A stretch of DNA of 64,000 nt from Acidobacteriota bacterium (GTDB lineage: Bacteria; Acidobacteriota; CAIWXX01): the NCBI GenBank assembly GCA_040755995.1, contig JBFMAF010000015.1:1-64000 (forward strand). The letters are read 5' to 3'. Numbering within the stretch: position 1 is the stretch's first letter; every line of letters starts with the position of its first letter. The position numbers and the translations under genes were made by a program. Below the pieces are notes generated by a model. It was not told the DNA's origin. It saw only the letters and a list, made by a program, of their open reading frames with translations, and made no database searches. Positions 9,488 to 18,620 of the stretch are shown here, one piece after another.

Positions 9488-12400
9488 CTATGTCGCGCTG
9501 TATAGCACGGATGCGAGCGTGTTCACGAGGTGATCGGCGTTTTCCTTGCTGAAGACGATCGGGGGCTTGATCTTGAGCACGTTGTGATCGGGGCCGTCTG
9601 TGCTCACTAGCACGCCGAGATCGCGCATGCGATTGGCGACATAGGCGGCGTGAAGACCGGCGGGATCGCGCGTCTCCTGGTCAAGCACCAACTCGACGCC
9701 GATAAAGAGGCCCACCCCGCGAACATCGCCGATAACGGGGTATGCCGGGATGAGGGCACTGAGGCGGTCCAGCAGGTAGCTCCCCACGACCCGTGAGTTC
9801 TCCTGAAGGCGCTCGCGTTCGATGACGTCGAGCACGGCCAAACCGATCTCGCACGATACGGCATTGCCGCCGAACGTGTTGAAGTATTCCATGCCGTTGG
9901 CGAATCTGTCAGCGATATCGCGCGACGTCACCACGATCGCCAGCGGATGGCCGTTTCCGGCGGGCTTGCCCATCGTCACGATATCTGGGACTACGCCCTG
10001 TGTCTCGAAGGCCCAGAAGTGAGTGCCTGCGCGCCCAAACCCGGTCTGCACCTCGTCGGCTATGCAGAGGCCGCCGGAGGCGCGCACGTGCCGGAATGCC
10101 TCGCCCATGAAGCCGTCCGGGAAGATGATCTGGCCTCCGCAACCCATCATCGATTCGCAGATGAAGGCGGCCACACCGCGCCCTCCGGCCTGCACCTCCT
10201 CGATCGTGCTCTGCACATGGTCGGCGTAGCGCAAGCCGCTGTCGGCGCTGTACCCCCTGAACTGGCCTCGATAGGGATCCGGCATGGGCACCTTGTGGAC
10301 GTACGGCGGTCTCCCCTTCCCGCCCGGCCCGTCGTGCTTGTACGGGCTGACGTCGATGAGCGCCTGCGTGTGGCCGTGGTAGGCCGAGTCGACGGTGATG
10401 ATGTCCTGCCGGCCGGTTGCCGTGCGAGCCAACCGAAGTGCGAGGTCGTTGGCCTCGCTTCCGGAGTTGAGGAAGAAGCAGACTCGCAAAGGCTCGGGCA
10501 GCTTCTCGCTCAGCCGGCGGGCGTACTCGACGATGCTGTCATGCAGATACCTGGTATTCGTGTTCAGCAGCGCCATCTGGCGCTGTCCCGCGGCCACCAC
10601 CTGCGGGTGGCAGTGCCCGACGTGCGCCACGTTGTTCACGCAGTCGAGGTAGGCGCGGCCGCCTTCGTCATACAGGTAGACGCCGAGGCCGCGCACGATC
10701 TTGAGCGGGGTGCGGTAGGCGATGCTCAGATTGGGCCCGATGCGTTGCCTGCGCCCCGCGAGGGTCTGCTCCTTGCTCGCGACCGAAGCTGCGACGCGCT
10801 CATCGGGGACGCGGAGAAGCAGGTTCGGGTTCGGGGAGAGGCTGAGGTAGACGGCGCGATGGCTCGGAGCGGCCACGCCCGGGAAGTCGCAACCCAGATC
10901 CAGCAGATCGACGATGATCTGGAAGTGCACGTGCGGCGGCCAGTCGCCGTTGGTCGGCGGCGAGCCTACACTGCCGATCCGGTCGCCGGCTTTGATCGGG
11001 GCGCCGGCGCGCAGCCCATCGATTGAGCTCCGGCTCAGATGGCCGTAAAGCGTAAAGAACCGAGTGCCGTCGCCAGTCGCATGCCGCAGTATGACGACCG
11101 GGCCATAGTCGTGCCGTCTCGCGTTGTCGTGAACGGTGTGGACGACTCCGTCGATTGGCGCGCGGACCGGCCTGTCGGCGGGGACGAATAGATCGATACC
11201 CAGGTGAACAGTGCGCCGCTCGCCGGTCGGGCTCGCATCGATGCCGAACTGAGCGACCGAGTAGAGTGCCCGGACCTCGTCGTAGCGCCCGATGCCGACC
11301 CGTTTCCCCGCTCGCTTGATCTCATCGAAGACTGCCTGGGTGAGCGCCTCGTTGCCGGCGGCCATCAGGAGACGCGAGGACAGAAGCGGGCTCGCGACGG
11401 AGAGATCGAGCACGTGTACGGGCTCGCGGCTCACATCAGGCTCGATCACAGGCGCAACGTGATCCGCCTGTCTCCGTACGTGCTCCACCACCTTCGTCGA
11501 ATCAGGACAGGCCGGAAGCCCGCAGGCATCGCGGAGCGAGTAGTGAGCCAGGCGAGGGTGGATTCCGTGCAATCGTGACAGGGCTTCCCAGGCGGGCGTC
11601 TCGCTGATCGAAAGATACTCGTTTGCCGGCTGCAGGCGGCGCTGGTGTGTCGCGTGGCAGACGCTCATGCACAGGCGCATGCAGATGAGGTCCCAGAGCG
11701 CCGCGATCTCGGCCTCGTGCAGCGGCTGGGCCTGGTGGTAGCCGCTCACGACCTGTGCCGCGACCGCAAGCGGGTCCGGCTCGCCCAGCAGTGCATACGC
11801 GACCGCGACGGCCGGCTCGCACACCAGGCAGCTCCAGATCATGTCTCCAAAGTCGAGGATGCCGGCAACGGTCTGGTTGTGCAGGAGCGGTTTCCCGCCG
11901 ACCAGCACGTTGTGATCGTTTGCGTCGCCGTGGATGATGACCCTCCGCAGCTTCTCGAGAGCCGGCGCTGTCTCGGATTCGAACCGGCGGAGAAGGTCCT
12001 CGACCAAGTGGCGCCGCTCGGGCGGCTCGATCTCCTCTCTGAGCTCGTGGATCACTCGAGCCGCCCTCGCCACATCCCAGTGGAATTCCCTGTGGAGGGC
12101 CACATGATCGAACCCGTCCAGGGCCCGATCCAGCTCGCCCATGAACCGGCCGAGGTCGAGCATGAGCTCAGCTGTGCGCGGCTTCACGGTGGCGAGCGGG
12201 ACGCCGGGCAGGTGGATCAACATTCGCACAAGATACTGGCGGCCATCAGGCCCCTCTGCATGTGCGACGGCGAGGCCGTCAACGGTTTTCACGACACGCG
12301 GACACAGCACTCGTGTGCTGCGGGCCGTGATGTGTTCGAGGGCCTGAGTCTGTGCATCGAGCAATTCGCGCGATTCCAGCGCATTCGCGATCTTCAGGAC

Positions 12401-12550
12401 GAACGCCTGCCCGCCGGTCGTCTCTATTCGGAAGTTCTGATCCCTCTCGCTGGGCAGCGCGTGTGTCGTGCCCGAGACGTCGAACAGCGAACGGGCGATC
12501 CCGGCCGCTTCGTGCTGGTCGAAACTTGGCGCATGCTGTACTACCGACAC
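9488..12550 (-). CDS. Three-domain fusion: APH-like (hydroxylysine-kinase-like) phosphotransferase, peptidase M23 and class III aminotransferase/phospho-lyase
   Basis: [24 protein letters not shown] and [31 protein letters not shown]. Confidence 0.9.
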   Translation of the reverse strand: MSVVQHAPSFDQHEAAGIARSLFDVSGTTHALPSERDQNFRIETTGGQAFVLKIANALESRELLDAQTQALEHITARSTRVLCPRVVKTVDGLAVAHAEGPDGRQYLVRMLIHLPGVPLATVKPRTAELMLDLGRFMGELDRALDGFDHVALHREFHWDVARAARVIHELREEIEPPERRHLVEDLLRRFESETAPALEKLRRVIIHGDANDHNVLVGGKPLLHNQTVAGILDFGDMIWSCLVCEPAVAVAYALLGEPDPLAVAAQVVSGYHQAQPLHEAEIAALWDLICMRLCMSVCHATHQRRLQPANEYLSISETPAWEALSRLHGIHPRLAHYSLRDACGLPACPDSTKVVEHVRRQADHVAPVIEPDVSREPVHVLDLSVASPLLSSRLLMAAGNEALTQAVFDEIKRAGKRVGIGRYDEVRALYSVAQFGIDASPTGERRTVHLGIDLFVPADRPVRAPIDGVVHTVHDNARRHDYGPVVILRHATGDGTRFFTLYGHLSRSSIDGLRAGAPIKAGDRIGSVGSPPTNGDWPPHVHFQIIVDLLDLGCDFPGVAAPSHRAVYLSLSPNPNLLLRVPDERVAASVASKEQTLAGRRQRIGPNLSIAYRTPLKIVRGLGVYLYDEGGRAYLDCVNNVAHVGHCHPQVVAAGQRQMALLNTNTRYLHDSIVEYARRLSEKLPEPLRVCFFLNSGSEANDLALRLARTATGRQDIITVDSAYHGHTQALIDVSPYKHDGPGGKGRPPYVHKVPMPDPYRGQFRGYSADSGLRYADHVQSTIEEVQAGGRGVAAFICESMMGCGGQIIFPDGFMGEAFRHVRASGGLCIADEVQTGFGRAGTHFWAFETQGVVPDIVTMGKPAGNGHPLAIVVTSRDIADRFANGMEYFNTFGGNAVSCEIGLAVLDVIERERLQENSRVVGSYLLDRLSALIPAYPVIGDVRGVGLFIGVELVLDQETRDPAGLHAAYVANRMRDLGVLVSTDGPDHNVLKIKPPIVFSKENADHLVNTLASVLYSAT

Positions 12551-12869
12551 GTCCTGTCTCCTTCCGGTGCTTACGGCAGTCTTTTAGCACAAAACCGGGC
12601 CGGACGGGGTCACGTTCATCCGCTCGCCGGCCGGCGGATCAGCTCGCTCCGCGTCAAAGCAGCCGGATACCCGCCTGCCTGCACTGTTCGATCATCTCAT
12701 CGGGCTTCGAGTTCCTCGATGCTCATGTATCTCTCCTACTCGTTGATTCCCGGCCCGACGCAAGATGACACGGTGAGGCTCGCGAGATCCCGAGTCTCCA
12801 CGTCTAATTATGGCCGAGGTGCCAGGCGATCCTGCAGCCTCCAGGGGTCCAGGCGTGGTCCGTCTGCAA

Positions 12870-13054
12870 TGCGGAAACAGCGTGCAAATGGTGTGGAAAA
12901 GCCTGCGGAATAGCTGTGGGAAACGCTGTCGACAGGGTGTGGACGCGATGTGAATATCCGTCCGGGTGTGCGCTCGACGCTCGCGCGGCTGCGGAAACTG
13001 CGGCGGAAAAGCTGTGCAAAACCTGTGGACGAGCTGCGGATAAGCTGTGCAAGG
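12870..13054 (+). repeat. Phased array of 14 DnaA-box-like 9-mers, all co-oriented
   Basis: TGTGGATAA-like units starting at 12870, 12881, 12892, 12904, 12915, 12927, 12938, 12949 and 12990, 13002, 13013, 13024, 13035, 13046. Confidence 0.75.
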
Positions 13055-13115
13055 CCGCGCGTCATCGAGGCCGTGCCACTGGGCAGCCCGCGCGGCATCG
13101 CACGCTGTGGATCGA

Positions 13116-14372
13116 TCACAGCCCGGCGCTTCGCAGCGTGACCTCGAAGCTTGTGCCGCCCCCGTCTCTCGGCAGGCACCGGGCGTCGCCGCCGTGGCGG
13201 CGGGCGATCTGACGAACCAGTGCGAGGCCGAGGCCCACGCCGCCGTGCGACTCGGCGGTCATCCGGGCCGGGCGGTAGAACGGTTCGAAGATGCGTTCGC
13301 GCTCGTCGCCGGCGACTCCCGGCCCGCGATCCAAAACCAGCAAGATCGCGCCATTCGCTCCTTCAGGCTTCACCTCGACTTCGACCGCAGACCCGCCGGA
13401 ATAGCGCCGGCCGTTCTCCAGCAGGTTGCGGACCATCCGTCGTAGCAGACGAGGCTCACCTTGGATCTGTGACAGTTGCCCGGTCACTGTGGCTCCCGTC
13501 CGCGCCGCTTCTTCGGCGACCAACCCGAGCAGATCCACCTCTTCCATCCGGCCAAGGTCGGTCACAGCCTCGAGTCGACTGGCTATCAGAAGCTCTTCGA
13601 TCAGGTCGTCGAGCTCGGCGATGTCTCCCGCAATCTGATCACGCAGCTCGGGGCGAGGCTCACCCTGGAGCAGCTCGATGCCCATGCGTAGCCGGGCCAA
13701 CGGCGTGCGTAGCTCGTGAGACGCGCTTGCCAGCATCGACCGTTGCGCTCGGACGAGGCCCTCGATGCGCTCAGCTGCATGGTTGAAGCTCCGAGCGAGA
13801 CTCGCCACCTCGTCATTGCCCTCCACCTTTACCCGTGCCGAGAGATCGCCGGCGCCGAGCGCGTCGACGCGGGCCTGGAGCCGCTCGAGGCGGCGCGTGA
13901 CGCGTCTCACCACCGGGTACGCTCCGATCGCGATCGCCGCTGCAAGCAGCGCCAGTACAACCAGGTGGCCTCGCGGCCCATGCGGGACTCGAGCGATCAT
14001 CCAACGTCCGTCCGGCAGCTGGAAAGCCGCAGTCGGCCCCACTCCGTGCGGGCGCATCCATCCGCTGCGCCCGTTGAGCGGATTCGGAGCGGGCAGGGGC
14101 GTGCCGACCGCCGCAAGCAAGGTCCCGTCGCTGGCTCTCACCGTGTAGTCGGCGGGTAGCTTGGCGGCGAGCCGCTCGAGCGCCCGCTGCACCTCGGAGA
14201 CGGGACGGCCCGGACCCGGGAGCAGCTCGCCCAACGTTGCCCCGACTCCCTCAAACGCCCGTCGCTCGTTCTCTCTCGCAGGGCCCAGCCACCACGCAAT
14301 CGACGCGAGTATGCCGAAAAGAACGAGAATCCCCACGACCGTCAGATAAACTTGTAAGTACAAACGTCGCAT
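13116..14372 (-). CDS. HAMP-domain sensor histidine kinase (CpxA/RstB-like)
   Basis: Two TM segments, HAMP, SHELRTPL, NLLEN, DRGPG, GLGL. Confidence 0.93.
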   Translation of the reverse strand: MRRLYLQVYLTVVGILVLFGILASIAWWLGPARENERRAFEGVGATLGELLPGPGRPVSEVQRALERLAAKLPADYTVRASDGTLLAAVGTPLPAPNPLNGRSGWMRPHGVGPTAAFQLPDGRWMIARVPHGPRGHLVVLALLAAAIAIGAYPVVRRVTRRLERLQARVDALGAGDLSARVKVEGNDEVASLARSFNHAAERIEGLVRAQRSMLASASHELRTPLARLRMGIELLQGEPRPELRDQIAGDIAELDDLIEELLIASRLEAVTDLGRMEEVDLLGLVAEEAARTGATVTGQLSQIQGEPRLLRRMVRNLLENGRRYSGGSAVEVEVKPEGANGAILLVLDRGPGVAGDERERIFEPFYRPARMTAESHGGVGLGLALVRQIARRHGGDARCLPRDGGGTSFEVTLRSAGL

Positions 14373-14397
14373 CAGCGCGCCCCGTGGTGCGTGATGC

Positions 14398-14426
14398 GAC
14401 GCGGAGACGCGGGGACGCGGAGACGC
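14398..14426. repeat. 8-bp tandem repeat GACGCGG(A/G)
   Basis: GACGCGGA GACGCGGG GACGCGGA GACGC; same unit recurs at 47416-47575. Confidence 0.7.
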
Positions 14427-14507
14427 AGTGATCGCCGTCCGGGCGCCCGCGACACAGCACCGCCCGCGGAGGCGATCCGCAGAGACGGCATCGTTACCGC
14501 CGTCGCG

Positions 14508-15203
14508 CTACTCATCATCTTGCCTCTTCGCAAATACGTAGCCGGCGCTGCGAATTGTGATGATCCGGCGCGGGCGTTTGGGATCGTCTTCGATGACGTT
14601 GCGTATCCTGGAGATGTGCACATCGATGCTGCGGTCGAACGCTTCGAGCGCCTGGCCGCGCAGCCGATCCATGAGCGCCTCGCGGCTCATCACCCGGCCG
14701 GGACGCTCGGCCAGCGCACAAAGCAGATCGAACTGGTAGCTCGTCATCGGGCGCGCCAGACCTCTGACTCGGACCACGCGCGTGTCGCGATCGATCTCGA
14801 GGCGGCCGAAGCGGAGGATCGGCGCGGCGTCGGCGGACCGTTCCCTTCGACGCAGGATCGCCTTGAGCCGCGCGAGCAGCTCGCGGGGGTTGAACGGTTT
14901 GGGCAGGTAATCGTCTGCCCCGAGCTCCAGTCCGACGATCCGATCGGTGTCTTCGCCGCGGGCCGTGAGCATGAGGATGGGGATGTCGGAGTCGGCTCTC
15001 ACGCGCCTGCAGACCTCGAGCCCGTCAAGGTCGGGAAGCATGAGGTCGAGGATTATCGCATCGAACCTCTCGTGGTGAAGAGCCTCCAGCCCTGCGGTCG
15101 CCTCGCCTGCCGAAGTCACCTCATAACCGCGCTCGCCCAGATACTCGCCCACCATCCCCGCCAGTTTCCGGTCGTCCTCGATCATCAGAACGCGTTCTGC
15201 CAT
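14508..15203 (-). CDS. OmpR-family response regulator (CpxR-like)
   Basis: Start MAERVLMIEDD; LDLMLP, GADDYLPKPF, winged helix RSIDVHISRIR...GAGY-like. Confidence 0.93.
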   Translation of the reverse strand: MAERVLMIEDDRKLAGMVGEYLGERGYEVTSAGEATAGLEALHHERFDAIILDLMLPDLDGLEVCRRVRADSDIPILMLTARGEDTDRIVGLELGADDYLPKPFNPRELLARLKAILRRRERSADAAPILRFGRLEIDRDTRVVRVRGLARPMTSYQFDLLCALAERPGRVMSREALMDRLRGQALEAFDRSIDVHISRIRNVIEDDPKRPRRIITIRSAGYVFAKRQDDE

Positions 15204-15322
15204 GGCGAAGTGCCCGGTGCCATCCCCTGGTTTCCGTTCAGTGCGGCCGTCATTCCGTGCGTACGACGCGAGGCTGCGCCCCGCTGCACGGAGGCGCAGC
15301 CTCACCTACTGTATCACAAGGC

Positions 15323-15871
15323 TTACTGGTGGAACTGCCGGGCCATTTCGACGAGCTCGGCCCTCTGCTCGGCCGTGAGCACGTCGGCCATGTCGGCGAT
15401 GGCGGTGACCACGCGCTGCGAGGCCTGGTCCGCCAGCTTCATGCCGTCCTTTCGCAGGTCGTCCAGCGCGATTCGATCGACGGTCGGCTTCGCGAACAGC
15501 TCGAGTCCCCTCTCGCGGTTCGCGCGGTGCTGTCTGGCCAGCGGTTCGAGATCGTTGATGGCCGCGTTGAGTATCGCCTTCACTTCGGCCCGCTGATCAT
15601 CGGTGGCGTCGACCTTCCAGAGGAGAAACTCGGCTACCATCTCCGCGTGCCGGCGCGCCATCTCCGGGTCGAACTCCCCGTGGAAACCGCGATGCTGCAT
15701 CGGCGCCCAGGGTCCGGCGGCCGATACACCAGATAGTGGAATGGCCACCACTCCGACGATCAGGGCGCCGGCCAGGCCGCCCGCGACAAGACCCGCCCAG
15801 AAGCCGTGCCTCGACTTCCTTGTCGCGTGACCCGTCTCAACCGCCGGTTGGACCTCGTTTGAGTTGCTCAT
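15323..15871 (-). CDS. Spy/CpxP family periplasmic protein
   Basis: N-terminal hydrophobic segment, ATDDQR and LTAEQR (LTxxQ) motifs; AAGGAG SD; first gene before RR and HK. Confidence 0.85.
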   Translation of the reverse strand: MSNSNEVQPAVETGHATRKSRHGFWAGLVAGGLAGALIVGVVAIPLSGVSAAGPWAPMQHRGFHGEFDPEMARRHAEMVAEFLLWKVDATDDQRAEVKAILNAAINDLEPLARQHRANRERGLELFAKPTVDRIALDDLRKDGMKLADQASQRVVTAIADMADVLTAEQRAELVEMARQFHQ

Positions 15872-15961
15872 GCTATTGCTCCTTCTTTCATCGGGGCCCG
15901 CATCATTGCGGCCCTCACTAGCAAGGATAGAGCGAGGTCATTTCGGCGATTTGTGCGGAAT

Positions 15962-15976
15962 GTAAAGAAATGTAAA
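15962..15976. promoter_or_regulatory. CpxR-type binding site GTAAA-N5-GTAAA upstream of the cpxP-like gene
   Basis: Exact GTAAAgaaatGTAAA; candidate -10 TATCCT on the minus strand at 15924-15929. Confidence 0.7.
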
Positions 15977-16095
15977 GCTGCCCACCGAGTGGTGACTACA
16001 GGATCGGGCTCTCGCCATGCTCCACCTCCGAGCTGCGCCTGTCTTCCGCTGAAAATCAGCCGGGCCCGACTCGAGGCACCGAGTGGTGCGTCTGG

Positions 16096-17145
16096 CTACG
16101 GCACGATCACGGTTCGTCCGATTGCGCCGAAGCGTTCGAGCTCGTCCAGCGCATGGTTGATCGCGCCGGCGTCCAGCGGGACGGTTCGAGTGATGATGTC
16201 GCTCAGATCGAGCACGCGGCGGCGCGCGAGCTCGAGCACCGGCGGCAGCTCGGAGAGCAGGTGGTCGCTCGAACCGATGATCTCCGCCTCCTTGCCGAGC
16301 ACCTCGATGAACGGGTGTATCTCGAACGGCCTGGCCGTGACTCCCACCAGGACGGCCCGCCCGAGGATCCCCAGGGATAGCACCGACTGGCGCATCGTCT
16401 CCGGAAGCCCGACAAGCTCCAGCGCCACGCCCACACCCTTGCCGCTAGTCATCCGCTTGATCTCGGCGACTGGATCCTCTCTCGCTGCATTCACCGCGAT
16501 GGCTCCATACCGCTGGGCTCGCCGCAGCTTCTCGTCGTTGATGTCGACGGCGTAGATGTCGAGGGCACCGAAGGCCCTCGCAAGCTGGATCGCGGAGAGC
16601 CCGAGGCCGCCGGCGCCGAAGATAGCGACTGACTCGCCGGGGACGAGGCGCGCCTTCCGCAACGCGTGGAAGCAGGTTGAAGACGAGCACATCAGGGCAG
16701 CTCCCACCCCGAACGGCATCTCGTCGGGCAGCGGCACGACGCTTCGCGCGGGCATGACGACGTACTCGGCATAACCACCGTCGCGATCCTTGCCGATCAT
16801 CTGGCAGTCCCCGCAGAACTGCTCGTTGCCGGCTGCACAGTAGTAGCAATCGCCACAGGTAGCCAGGTAGTGAAGGCAGACACGGTCGCCGGGATTAAAG
16901 CGGCTCACTCCTGCGCCGGCAACTTCCACGACACCGGCCACCTCGTGACCGAGTGTCACGGGCAGGGGGCCGGCTGACGCCGTGCCGGCGCGATAGTGCG
17001 CGTCGGTGTGACATATGCCCGCTGCCTTGACCCGCACGAGCACATCGCCCGCGCCTGCGTCCGGCTGCGGCATCTCATGCATCTGCAGCGGATGTCCTGC
17101 ATCTACCAGCCGGACTGCCGTCATCAAGCGCTTCTCCTGATTCAT
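16096..17145 (-). CDS. Zinc-dependent alcohol dehydrogenase (MDR family)
   Basis: GICHTD, GHE, CGDCYYC...C structural zinc site, GAGGLG. Confidence 0.92.
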   Translation of the reverse strand: MNQEKRLMTAVRLVDAGHPLQMHEMPQPDAGAGDVLVRVKAAGICHTDAHYRAGTASAGPLPVTLGHEVAGVVEVAGAGVSRFNPGDRVCLHYLATCGDCYYCAAGNEQFCGDCQMIGKDRDGGYAEYVVMPARSVVPLPDEMPFGVGAALMCSSSTCFHALRKARLVPGESVAIFGAGGLGLSAIQLARAFGALDIYAVDINDEKLRRAQRYGAIAVNAAREDPVAEIKRMTSGKGVGVALELVGLPETMRQSVLSLGILGRAVLVGVTARPFEIHPFIEVLGKEAEIIGSSDHLLSELPPVLELARRRVLDLSDIITRTVPLDAGAINHALDELERFGAIGRTVIVP

Positions 17146-17271
17146 CGATCTGTCCCTCGCCGAATCAGCATACCGCGTCCATTATAGCGGGAAGGCACCG
17201 TCTGTGGGGAAGTCGAATGGGATGTGCATTACTACTTGCGTTCCGATAGTCTGCCGTGTAAATCATCGGCG

Positions 17272-17430
17272 ATGTTTAGGCGTATGCTGGAGGACGCGCT
17301 CCCCAAGTCGAGCTTCTTTCTGTTCGGGCCGCGCGGCACAGGCAAGAGCACACTTCTGCGGAGCGTCCCGTCGCTGATGACCGTCGATCTGCTCGATCCC
17401 GAGGAGCAGCTCACGTTCACCAAGATCCGG
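17272..17430 (+). pseudogene. N-terminal remnant of an AAA_14/DUF4143-type ATPase
   Basis: MFRRML...SFFLFGPRGTGKSTLL...VDLLDP, then similarity is lost after about 50 aa. Confidence 0.65.
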
Positions 17431-17715
17431 CGGGGCCGGGCGCCACAGACGACTATTCTGCGGGACCCCAGAGCGAGTAGTCCACTTCGCAGAGGTCGTC
17501 CATGTCCATATCTACGTAGTAGCACAATTCCGACGCCTCCTCTTGCATGCAGTAGGTCAGTGACAGGATTCGTCGCGTCGGGCCCAGGTCCAACCAGCCG
17601 GATTCGCTTACACCGAAATCACCGGCACGGCCGAAGAACTCGCGGGCAATGGGGTCGGCGATCTGGCGCGCGCGCTGGATATCTGCTTCCGTCGGTCTCC
17701 ATCTGAAGGGGACAA

Positions 17716-18186
17716 CTACCTTGTCATCGATGTCGGCTGGCCCGGCCGGCCCCGGCCCGGAGCATGCCGGCGCCGCCTCGAGCTTGACTCGAGCAGGGTC
17801 CGCAACGGCCGGACCTCCTTGATGTAGTCATAGTCATCGTCATCATGGAGCAGAACGCCGCGAGTCTCCAGCACGAGCTGGGCAATGTAGCAATCGAGAG
17901 TCCCGCGCAAGGTGACTCCTCTGCGCCGACAATCGAAGTAGATGCGGGCAGCGGAGACGTGAGTAGCCCAGGCATCGCGGGGGAAGACGAGCGACTGGGT
18001 CTCGAGATAGCTGAGAAGAGACCTCCACTCGCGCGCGTCGGCCGCACCCTGCAGCACCTCCTGGCAGCAAATCCCCGGGATGGAGAAGGGGGCCTCATCC
18101 AGTTCGATTTGCCGAAAAGCTCGCACAGCCTCTGTTTCCCGGCCCCGGAAGAAATCCACCAGCACGGACGTGTCGACCACGATCAC
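17716..18186 (-). CDS. vapC: VapC PIN-domain toxin
   Basis: VVDTSVLVDF, QEVLQG, DCYIA, LLHDDDDY; GTG start overlaps the antitoxin stop; aberrant C-terminal run-on tail. Confidence 0.88.
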   Translation of the reverse strand: MIVVDTSVLVDFFRGRETEAVRAFRQIELDEAPFSIPGICCQEVLQGAADAREWRSLLSYLETQSLVFPRDAWATHVSAARIYFDCRRRGVTLRGTLDCYIAQLVLETRGVLLHDDDDYDYIKEVRPLRTLLESSSRRRRHAPGRGRPGQPTSMTR

Positions 18187-18386
18187 GTCTTGCCTCCACG
18201 GAGTGCCTTGTAGTCATACCCTGGTGCGAATCGAATGCGACCCGCGAGATCCAGCAGACTCCTGCGCTTCCGAGTCGCGATCAAGACACGCAACGCTTCC
18301 ATCACGAGGTCCTTCTTTGTTTCGATTCCAGTCAGCTTCCTGGCCTCTGCGACCATGGCGTCATCCATGATTATGTTTGTTCTCAT
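18183..18386 (-). CDS. vapB: VapB antitoxin
   Basis: MRTNIIMDDAMVAEARKLTGIETKKDLVMEAL, 67 aa; AGGAG SD. Confidence 0.88.
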   Translation of the reverse strand: MRTNIIMDDAMVAEARKLTGIETKKDLVMEALRVLIATRKRRSLLDLAGRIRFAPGYDYKALRGGKT

Positions 18387-18407
18387 CGGATCTCCTACAC
18401 ACGATGA

Positions 18408-18425
18408 TACACCCATTGAGGTGTA
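18408..18425. promoter_or_regulatory. Palindromic operator for vapBC autoregulation
   Basis: TACACC-N6-GGTGTA just upstream of vapB; extra TACAC half-site at 18396. Confidence 0.55.
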
Positions 18426-18620
18426 GAAACAACGGTCACTCTGCTGCCGCGGCGCAGTCGATGGAGAACGCGCTATTGCGTCAGCAATTCGTGCACCCGG
18501 CGTCGTAGAAGAGCGTACCGACCCTCTGCGCCCTGACAACCTGAGACCGCCCGCCCGTTCTCAAGTGCACATATGCGGCACAGGGCGTCTCCGCGTATGC
18601 CCGTGGTAGAATGTGCGGCC

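Noticed and set aside
12870..13054. CRISPR array or plasmid iterons
   Set aside because: Units are 9 bp, degenerate and 2-3 bp apart with no unique spacers; no cas or rep gene in the window
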